From Clostridia bacterium (GTDB lineage: Bacteria > Bacillota > Clostridia > Christensenellales > UBA1242): DNA of 64,000 nucleotides. Both the position numbers and the translations under genes were made by a program. The stretch's first letter is position 1, and each line of letters begins with the position of its first letter. Shown here one piece after another: positions 18,284-25,911 of this stretch. Under the pieces are notes generated by a model that did no database searches, was not told where the DNA came from, and saw only the letters and a list, made by a program, of their open reading frames with translations. The stretch spans positions 5,566 to 69,565 of the forward strand of contig JAFUJK010000050.1 in assembly GCA_017468205.1 (NCBI GenBank), read 5' to 3'.

Positions 18284-19930
18284 TTGTCAATACTTGTTTG
18301 TATGATTGGATTAATAATTTCTGCAAGTGTAAGTGTTTTTATATTTAGTGCTTTATTATTTAAAAATTTAAAACATAGAATTGTTTGTTATAAATATTTA
18401 AAATTAATACCTCAAAAAGTATCAATATATAAAAGTACAGTTTTTTCTAATGATAACGTTGATTTTATAATAATTCCTAATTCGTGCATTGATATAGTTT
18501 CGTCTAGATATCATTTAAAGTTAAATTTTGCTTGTGCTGATAAATTTATTTGTAATCCAAATTCGTGTACGATGGTTATTAATAATTTTGAAATAAAGAT
18601 TACTAGCAGTTCAATTTTTATTAGAGGAATAGGTGAGTTTAAATTTTCGATTTCTAAACCAAATTGTCAATATTTCTATAATTCGATAAAAAAAGAATTT
18701 ACAATAGAGAAGGATATTATAAACTTTAAGAATTTTGAATCAGTTGAGATATCAGGTAGTGAAGATTTAAGTTTTAAATGTGATATTAACGATTATGCTT
18801 TTTTAGATTTCAGCAGTTTTAATTTTGATAAAGTTTCAATATTTAGAAAAAACGAGGTATTGAGAAAATATTTTGGTTATTATGATACTGACGATTGGGA
18901 AAGTATTCCTGATTTTAAAGCTACTAATAAGCAGACTGATTTGCTTAAATTTAATTATCAAAAACAACTTCTTTTGCCTGCAAATAAAAAGATTTGTATT
19001 ATTAATGCGATTTTTTCTGAAGCGATTTGGCAGGATGATGGTCTATTGTTGTATAATAAAGTTTTGATTAATATAGACAAATTAGGCTTTTCTCAATTAA
19101 TTAGAATTAAGAAAAATAAAACGGGTATTAGATTAATCGACTTGTTAAGTGGGTTTGAAGTAATTATAAAAGCAGGCAAAGATGTTAATTATCAAAGATA
19201 TTGTTTTTTTAATACAAATTATTTGTTGATATATGCGCAAAGTAAAATAAATGCGGAAGTTGTTTTTTTGCCTCGATTTTTGTGTAATGTAAGTTTAAAA
19301 GTAAATTTGATTAAAGGTTATAATTTGGGTATTCCAAATATACAATCCTTTATGTCATATTTATATAATATAAACAGGCTTTTGTTGCACGGTGTTTTTA
19401 TTGATGTTTACAAAATGTATAAAATTTTAAAGTCCAGGTTTTTAAATAGTGATATTCAATTTATGTTGTGCCACACTTTATTAAATTATATTAATGTATT
19501 TGCTCGATATGAATTATTGTTAATAAAAGATGTGAGGTTGTTTTTAGAAAAAAATTTGAAATATGCTTTAAAAAATTTGAGCGTACGAAAATATATATTT
19601 TTAAAAAGAGCATTACCTTTAATTGTAAATTCTAAAATGAGCGATATTGTTTTGGACACCATTTTAGATTTAAAAGACAAATTTTCGGTTGAGGAATATG
19701 AATTTTGTCTAACAGAACGTATAGGTCTACGTTTGAGTAATGGAAAATTATTTTTAGAGCCTAGAAAGCAAGAGCTTTTTAATTTGTCAATTTGGGTTGC
19801 TGGACATAAAATTAATTTAAGTAAAAAGGGGTGTGGCGTAAATTTAAAAATAGATGGGATTATAATGAGAGGTGTTCAATTTATTGATTTAAGCAAATAT
19901 CCTAGCGAATTTAATATTGAATTTGTTTAG
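18284..19930 (+). CDS. orphan membrane-anchored protein, extremely AT-rich gene, unknown function
   Basis: A 548-codon open frame in very AT-rich DNA is unlikely by chance, because stop codons are themselves AT-rich. N-terminal TM (ILVCMIGLIISASVSVFIFSALLF). Rich in Lys/Asn/Ile/Phe with many Cys. No recognisable domain and no Shine-Dalgarno sequence. The start is uncertain (TTG 18284 or ATG 18302). Confidence 0.5.
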   Translation: MSILVCMIGLIISASVSVFIFSALLFKNLKHRIVCYKYLKLIPQKVSIYKSTVFSNDNVDFIIIPNSCIDIVSSRYHLKLNFACADKFICNPNSCTMVINNFEIKITSSSIFIRGIGEFKFSISKPNCQYFYNSIKKEFTIEKDIINFKNFESVEISGSEDLSFKCDINDYAFLDFSSFNFDKVSIFRKNEVLRKYFGYYDTDDWESIPDFKATNKQTDLLKFNYQKQLLLPANKKICIINAIFSEAIWQDDGLLLYNKVLINIDKLGFSQLIRIKKNKTGIRLIDLLSGFEVIIKAGKDVNYQRYCFFNTNYLLIYAQSKINAEVVFLPRFLCNVSLKVNLIKGYNLGIPNIQSFMSYLYNINRLLLHGVFIDVYKMYKILKSRFLNSDIQFMLCHTLLNYINVFARYELLLIKDVRLFLEKNLKYALKNLSVRKYIFLKRALPLIVNSKMSDIVLDTILDLKDKFSVEEYEFCLTERIGLRLSNGKLFLEPRKQELFNLSIWVAGHKINLSKKGCGVNLKIDGIIMRGVQFIDLSKYPSEFNIEFV

Positions 19931-19981
19931 TGGTTGATTTTATGTTTTATTTGTGGTAAAATTAAGAATAGAGGCGAATTT

Positions 19982-21259
19982 ATGAATTTATTTGAGAACA
20001 ATACCAAACAAAATGCACCACTTTATGAAAGAATGCGTCCACAAAACCTAGATGATTTTGTAGGTCAAGAACATATTGTAGGCAAGAATAGTTTGCTCAG
20101 ACGTGCAATTATGGGGGATATGTTAGGTAGTTGTATTTTTTATGGACCACCAGGAACAGGCAAAACGACACTTGCACATATTATAACACAAACTACAAAT
20201 TCTAGGTTTGTTAAATTAAATGCGGTTTCTAGTGGAGTTGCTGATGCAAAAAAAGTTATTGACGAAGCAAGGAATGAATATCAATTATTCGGAAGAAAGA
20301 CTTATTTATTGTTAGATGAATGTCATCGTTGGAACAAGGCACAAAGTGATAGTGTATTGGCTGCAATTGAAGAAGGTTGCATTGTTTTTATTGGTTCAAC
20401 AACGGAAAATCCACAATTTTCTATGACACCTGCTATTGTATCACGTTGCCGTATTTTCCAATTTAAACCTTTATCAGAAAAGAATATCATCACAGCACTT
20501 GAAAATGCGGTTAGAGATGAAGAACGCGGATTAGGTAAGTTGCGAGTAGAACTTTCAGATGAGGCAAAACAGCATTATGCATGGGCAAGTGGTGGAGATT
20601 TGAGAACTGCGCTTGGGGCACTTGAATTGGCAGCAAAAACAACACCACTAGACAAAGATGGAAAAATTGTTATAGATAAGATTGTAGCGGAACAATCCAT
20701 TCAATCGAAGGCACTTAGCGTTGATGAGAATATTTTTTATGATATGCTTTCAGCTTTTTGCAAAAGTTTGAGAGGAAGTGATGCAGAAGCTGCTTTATTT
20801 TGGGCAAATCGATTGATTGAGGCGGGGTGCGAGCCTTTGATTATAGCGCGTAGGCTGATGGCACACGCAAGTGAAGACGTGGGAATGGCGGATAGTAATG
20901 CATTACTTTTGGCAACTTGCGCATTAGTTTCAATAAAAAATCTAGGTATGCCAGAGGGGAATCTTGCTTTAACGCATGCAATTATTTATGTTTGCGAAGC
21001 GCCAAAATCGAATAGTGTAGTGATGGCAATGGAACGTGCAAAAGATGATGCAAAAAATGCTCGCAATGATTTTGTGCCAGAGCATTTAAAAAATTACCAC
21101 ATTCACAAAAACACCCCAAAGTATAAATATCCTCATGATTTTGGCGGGTATGTTTATCAGCAATATATGCCTGATGGACTAATAGATAGGATTTATTATG
21201 AGCCTAGCAATAATGGGCGGGAGAAGGATTTTAAACGCAAAAAGATTTGGAAAAAATGA
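19982..21259 (+). CDS. rarA: replication-associated recombination protein A (RarA/MgsA AAA+ ATPase)
   Basis: PLYERMRPQNLDDFVGQEH, Walker A GPPGTGKTT and Walker B LLLDECHRWNKAQSD, plus a MgsA C-terminal domain. The ATG at 19982 has the RBS. Confidence 0.92.
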   Translation: MNLFENNTKQNAPLYERMRPQNLDDFVGQEHIVGKNSLLRRAIMGDMLGSCIFYGPPGTGKTTLAHIITQTTNSRFVKLNAVSSGVADAKKVIDEARNEYQLFGRKTYLLLDECHRWNKAQSDSVLAAIEEGCIVFIGSTTENPQFSMTPAIVSRCRIFQFKPLSEKNIITALENAVRDEERGLGKLRVELSDEAKQHYAWASGGDLRTALGALELAAKTTPLDKDGKIVIDKIVAEQSIQSKALSVDENIFYDMLSAFCKSLRGSDAEAALFWANRLIEAGCEPLIIARRLMAHASEDVGMADSNALLLATCALVSIKNLGMPEGNLALTHAIIYVCEAPKSNSVVMAMERAKDDAKNARNDFVPEHLKNYHIHKNTPKYKYPHDFGGYVYQQYMPDGLIDRIYYEPSNNGREKDFKRKKIWKK

Positions 21260-21327
21260 TATCAAATAATTGATTTTGTATTGAATTTTTGATATAATAC
21301 ACCTAATTCTATTCAAAGGAGAATAAT

Positions 21328-21879
21328 ATGGAATTAAAAAAAATTGAGGCCTTGAAAGGCACCAAAACAGAACAAAATTTGATGACCGCATTTGCTGGTG
21401 AAAGTCAAGCACGAAACAAATATGATTTCTTTGCTTCAATTGCGAAGAAGGAAGGTTTTGTACAAATTGCTAACTATTTTACAGAAACAGCAAACAATGA
21501 AAAAGAACACGCAAAGATTTGGTTTAAGCTTTTCCATGGTATGGGAACAACTGCGCAATGTCTTGAATGGGCAGCAGAGGGTGAAAACTATGAGTGGACA
21601 GATATGTACGCATCTTTTGCTAAAACTGCTCGTGAGGAAGGTTTTGATGAGATTGCCAACCTTTTTGAGGGTGTTGCAGCTATTGAAAAAGACCACGAGC
21701 AACGTTTTAAAGACCTGCTTGCAAATGTTAAGACGGGTGAAGTTTTTGCGCGTGTAGACGAAATGGAATGGGTTTGTTTAAATTGTGGTAACCACTATTT
21801 CGGCAAAGAGCCACCAGAAGAATGTCCAGTTTGCGCGCACCCAAAAGCATATTATGCACTTTTGAAAAAAGATTACTAG
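21328..21879 (+). CDS. rbr: rubrerythrin
   Basis: Ferritin-like diiron domain ([19 protein letters not shown]) and a C-terminal rubredoxin CxxC..CPVC. A terminator hairpin, AGCGGA-AAAA-TCCGCT plus T-run, lies at about 21885-21910. Confidence 0.93.
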   Translation: MELKKIEALKGTKTEQNLMTAFAGESQARNKYDFFASIAKKEGFVQIANYFTETANNEKEHAKIWFKLFHGMGTTAQCLEWAAEGENYEWTDMYASFAKTAREEGFDEIANLFEGVAAIEKDHEQRFKDLLANVKTGEVFARVDEMEWVCLNCGNHYFGKEPPEECPVCAHPKAYYALLKKDY

Positions 21880-22046
21880 AATTAGCGGAAAAATCCGCTT
21901 TTCTTTTTTATTTTATTTACATATAAGTATATTTGTATTATAAATAATAAAAATAAAAAACATTTTGCAAAAATAGCCTTTTTTGTTTGATTATTTTTTT
22001 AAATTTAGTTATAATAATAATAAAGTGTAAAAAAGGAGAGATATTT

Positions 22047-22523
22047 GTGAATAAAACTTATAAAAATAGTTTTTCTATGGCTTTTCCAATTTTGTGTGCA
22101 ATTTTAATCGCGTTAACTGCAACTTTGTGTGTAACTTCGTTTAATAAATCAAATAACGCAAGTGCCGCAACTGCTAATACATTGACTATATCGTTTTATC
22201 AAACGTATGGTTCTTATTCTTATATAAATGATAACGATGAAGCAAGCAAAAATGCTAAATTAGTTTTTCAGTTAAGCAATGGAAATAGTCATGTGATTAC
22301 TTATTCGGGTGGCACTCCAAGTTCATTTTCTTTTGCAGGTTTAACTACAGGGGAAACATATACATTAACGGTTATTGCTCCTACATTTGCAACAGTAAGT
22401 TTCCGCTCACCAGCATTAACTTATAACTCAATAACATTTACATTACCTTCAGCGGGTATGGACTTAACTTGTCAGGTTGTTTTAGATCAAGAAACGTGGT
22501 TTACAAATACAAACATTATTTAA
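22047..22523 (+). CDS. small secreted protein, unknown function
   Basis: GTG start 7 nt after AAAGGAGAG. Signal peptide ending ..NNASA. The mature part is Thr/Ser-rich and beta-strand-like. A terminator, AGACGGA-TTT-CCGTCT plus T-run, lies at 22528-22548. Confidence 0.55.
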   Translation: MNKTYKNSFSMAFPILCAILIALTATLCVTSFNKSNNASAATANTLTISFYQTYGSYSYINDNDEASKNAKLVFQLSNGNSHVITYSGGTPSSFSFAGLTTGETYTLTVIAPTFATVSFRSPALTYNSITFTLPSAGMDLTCQVVLDQETWFTNTNII

Positions 22524-22617
22524 GAATAGACGGATTTCCGTCTTTTTCTTTATTTTTTAAAATTGTGTGTATTAAATTTTAAAATTGCATACACTAGGCT
22601 TAACCAAAGGAGAATTT

Positions 22618-23361
22618 ATGTGGGAGTTTGAAGTAATAAGCGACCAATCAGGGCGAGAATACATAAAATATTTACAAGCAAATTTGGGTGAGCTGGTTTC
22701 TAAATTGAATGGTGTAATGGCGATTATGACCGATGGTGAAAATTTATTTTTGTCGATTGGAGCAAAACAAGAAAATGCTCCTGAAATAAAAGCACATTTA
22801 AGACTATTGCTTTGCGATATATTTTGTGAAAAAATGAAATTGGTATATATATCGGATAATTTGGACTTGCCAGAGAATAAACAGGATTTAATGACTACTT
22901 TTGTTAAAGTTTGTACTTATTTTGATAGAGAAACAGAACGTCAAATCGTTATGAAAACCCTATTGTTAAAAGATAAAAAGATGCATCTACAAAGCTTTTT
23001 GCGATTTAAATTACAGGGATTAATGCAAAAATGGCAAGAATTGTGCGACTTGGTAAATCAGAATTCCGGTACGATTTTAAAACAAGAGAATTTTATTGAA
23101 TTATTAAGGTTTCTTCTTAATAGTATTGACTCAAAATGCCAAAGTGTTATATTGGAATTACATGACAAATGTCTTATTTATCACGATATTAAAAGTGATT
23201 TCGATGTTATAACTGCCATTGATGTTGAAAATATGTATGATATCCTTTCTAAAATTATCGACTTAAACCCTTATTTAATAAAAATTTATGCAACTCAGGA
23301 TAATAGCGAACTCGTTAGCCTTTTGCGGTCAGTTTTTGACGATAAAGTGCAGTTAGGATAA
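22618..23361 (+). CDS. ytxC: sporulation protein YtxC-like
   Basis: About 247 aa, immediately upstream of the thrS T-box, as in Bacillus ytxC-thrS. SFLRFKLQG...FIELLRFLL resembles the YtxC ESFTKFRLK..FIEHLRQYL region as I recall it. The ATG at 22618 follows AAAGGAGAA. Confidence 0.6.
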   Translation: MWEFEVISDQSGREYIKYLQANLGELVSKLNGVMAIMTDGENLFLSIGAKQENAPEIKAHLRLLLCDIFCEKMKLVYISDNLDLPENKQDLMTTFVKVCTYFDRETERQIVMKTLLLKDKKMHLQSFLRFKLQGLMQKWQELCDLVNQNSGTILKQENFIELLRFLLNSIDSKCQSVILELHDKCLIYHDIKSDFDVITAIDVENMYDILSKIIDLNPYLIKIYATQDNSELVSLLRSVFDDKVQLG

Positions 23362-23378
23362 AATTTGGGCTAAATTAG

Positions 23379-23407
23379 TTGACAAAATTTATTTTTTGGT
23401 GTATATT
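23379..23407 (+). promoter_or_regulatory. promoter of the thrS leader
   Basis: TTGACA, 17 nt, TATATT. Confidence 0.65.
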
Positions 23408-23414
23408 ATTACTA

Positions 23415-23628
23415 ATCATAGTATGACAAAGGACAAGTAACTTCTTGGGACTGCTTATAGAGAGATGCGTCACGGCTGGAAGCGCATCAGTAAGCCATTT
23501 AGTGAAACTACCTTTGGACTATCGCGCTTAACTTTTGCGTTAAAAAGAAAAAGAGTGGCTTTTTTAGCAACGAAGGTGGAACCGCGGGATAAAACTCGTC
23601 CTTTGAATTTCAAGGGGCGAGTTTTTTC
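23415..23628 (+). promoter_or_regulatory. T-box riboswitch leader, threonine specifier
   Basis: AGAGAG box; a specifier region GUGAAACUACCUUUGG with the Thr codons ACU (23507-23509) and ACC (23510-23512); the conserved T-box AAGGTGGAACCGCGGG (23573-23588); and a terminator AACTCGTCCTTT..AAGGGGCGAGTT plus T-run (23593-23628). Confidence 0.9.
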
Positions 23629-23649
23629 GTCCTATAAAAGGAGAAAATT

Positions 23650-25563
23650 ATGTTTGTTTCTATTAAAGACGGCACTAAAATCGAAATTGAACAGGGCGCA
23701 AGTGTTTTAGATGTCGCTAAAAAAATTAGCGAAGGCTTAGCAAGAAATGCTATTGCTGGTCGCGTTAATGGCACAATGTGTCAATTATCTAGCCTTGTAA
23801 AAGAAGATGATGTTGTAGAAATTATCACCTTAAAAGATAAGGAAGGAATGGAAGTTTTCCGTCACTCTACTGCTCATATTTTGGCGCTAGCTGTTAAGCG
23901 TTTGTATCCAAATGTGAAAATTAGTATTGGACCTGCTATCGAAAATGGATTTTATTATGACTTTGACTTTGAAAGTCCAGTAGGTCAAGATGATTTGCCT
24001 AAAATCGAAGAAGAAATGTCAAAAATTATTAAGGAAAAGCTTGTTTTTGAATGCCTTGAAGTAACTCGCAGTGAGGCTGAAAAGATTTTTACAGAACTAA
24101 ATGAGCCTTATAAGCTTGATATTCTAGCCGATATTCCAGCTGACGAAATTCTTACTTTGTACAAACTTGGTGAACTAACAGACTTGTGTCGTGGTCCTCA
24201 TTTGGAAGATATAAGTATTGTAAAAGCATTTAAATTACAATCTGTTACAGGTGCTTATTTTAAAGGTGATGAGCATAATAAAATGCTTTCACGTATATAC
24301 GGAACTTCTTTCCCTAAAAAGAGCGAATTGGACGAGTATTTGACTATGCTTGAAGAGGCAAAAAAACGCGACCACAGAAAGTTGGGTAAAGAATTAGGTT
24401 TATTCTTTATTAGCGATTATGCACTTGGTATGCCTTTTTATATGCCAAAAGGCACGATTTTGCGTAATGAGTTGATTAAGTACTGGAGAGAGATTCACAA
24501 AAAAGCAGGTTATGTAGAGATAGAGACTCCTACTGCTATGAGTAGGGAATTGTGGGAAGTAAGTGGCCACTGGGAGCATTATAGACAAAATATGTATACT
24601 TTCAAGGCAGACGAAGACAAAGATTATGCGGTAAAACCTATGAACTGCCCTGGTTGTATGCTATATTATAAAGAGTTTATGCATTCTTACAAAGACTTCC
24701 CATTGCGTGTAGGCGAGTTAGGTAAAGTACACCGCAGAGAGGCGAGCGGTACTTTGCATGGTCTATTTAGGGTGCGTGCACTTACTCAAGATGATGCACA
24801 CATCTTTATGCTGCCTAGCCAGATTGAATCAGAAATCGCCAATGTACTAAAATTAATTGATGAGGCATACAAAGTGTTTAATCTTTCTTCTTATCACTTG
24901 GAATTGAGCACTATGCCAGATGACCACATAGGCGATGTAGCAGATTGGGAAGCGGTAGAAACTTCACTTAAAAATGTGTTGGAGCGTTTGGGCAAAGGAT
25001 ATGTGATAAATTCGGGTGATGGCGCTTTCTATGGTCCTAAAATTGATATCCACGTCAAAGATTCTATTGGTAGGTCATGGCAATGTGGTACTATCCAACT
25101 TGATATGCAACTTCCAAAGCGTTTTGAATTGTCTTATATTGATGCAGATGGTAGCAAAAAAGAACCTGTTATGATTCACCGCGTGATTTTTGGTTCTATT
25201 GAGAGAATTATGGGTATTATAACCGAAAACTTCGCTGGCGCATTCCCATTGTGGCTTGCTCCTGTTCAGGTTCAAGTTATAACAATTTCAGAAAAGCAAA
25301 ATGAATATGCCGAACTTGTTCGTCAAAAACTTGACGATGCAGGAATTCGCGTTGAATTTGATAGTCGTAATGAAAAAGTTGGCTACAAGATTCGCGAAGC
25401 ACAGTTGCAAAAAGTTCCTTATATGGTTATTTTGGGCGACGATGAAGTTAGTGAGCAAGTTGTTTCTGTTCGTCACCGTAAAGAGGGTGATTTAGGTAAA
25501 TTCTCTCTCGATGAATTCATTGAAAACCTTAAAAATGAAATCAAAACAAAAGAAATTAGATAA
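23650..25563 (+). CDS. thrS: threonine--tRNA ligase
   Basis: 637 aa with a TGS N-terminal domain, an HSTAHIL editing domain, class II core motifs (FRVRALTQDDAHIF, GAFYGPKID) and an anticodon-binding C-terminus. Confidence 0.97.
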   Translation: MFVSIKDGTKIEIEQGASVLDVAKKISEGLARNAIAGRVNGTMCQLSSLVKEDDVVEIITLKDKEGMEVFRHSTAHILALAVKRLYPNVKISIGPAIENGFYYDFDFESPVGQDDLPKIEEEMSKIIKEKLVFECLEVTRSEAEKIFTELNEPYKLDILADIPADEILTLYKLGELTDLCRGPHLEDISIVKAFKLQSVTGAYFKGDEHNKMLSRIYGTSFPKKSELDEYLTMLEEAKKRDHRKLGKELGLFFISDYALGMPFYMPKGTILRNELIKYWREIHKKAGYVEIETPTAMSRELWEVSGHWEHYRQNMYTFKADEDKDYAVKPMNCPGCMLYYKEFMHSYKDFPLRVGELGKVHRREASGTLHGLFRVRALTQDDAHIFMLPSQIESEIANVLKLIDEAYKVFNLSSYHLELSTMPDDHIGDVADWEAVETSLKNVLERLGKGYVINSGDGAFYGPKIDIHVKDSIGRSWQCGTIQLDMQLPKRFELSYIDADGSKKEPVMIHRVIFGSIERIMGIITENFAGAFPLWLAPVQVQVITISEKQNEYAELVRQKLDDAGIRVEFDSRNEKVGYKIREAQLQKVPYMVILGDDEVSEQVVSVRHRKEGDLGKFSLDEFIENLKNEIKTKEIR

Positions 25564-25566
25564 TAT

Positions 25567-25594
25567 AAAAATATCCCTTTTTGGGATATTTTTT
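25567..25594 (+). terminator. intrinsic terminator after thrS
   Basis: AAAATATCCC-TTTT-TGGGATATTTTTT. Confidence 0.85.
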
Positions 25595-25911
25595 GCTTTT
25601 ATAGGACTAAATTTTTGAATAATAATTATCATACTTGTATAAAATAAAAATTTTTAATAAATATTTACAAATATTCGTTTTTTTGTTAGTATTTTGTCGA
25701 ATTTTGTGATATAATAAAATTGTTAAAAACGAAGAAAAAGTCTTTTAATTCCCTCTGTGTCATTGCGAAGTGCTGTCAGCCTAACACAATCTATCAATCA
25801 AACATAAACAATAAGGTTGGCAACTTGTTATACTCGTTGTGTACAATCTCGGCAACTTGTTGTCGAACGGGGAAAAGACAATTAAAATCCTTAAAAAATG
25901 GAGGGAAAACA

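Noticed and set aside
23465-23710. 81-aa ORF on the + strand upstream of and overlapping the thrS start
   Set aside because: It lies entirely within the Thr T-box leader (specifier, T-box and terminator are all recognisable). It has no RBS, so it is a by-product of structured RNA.
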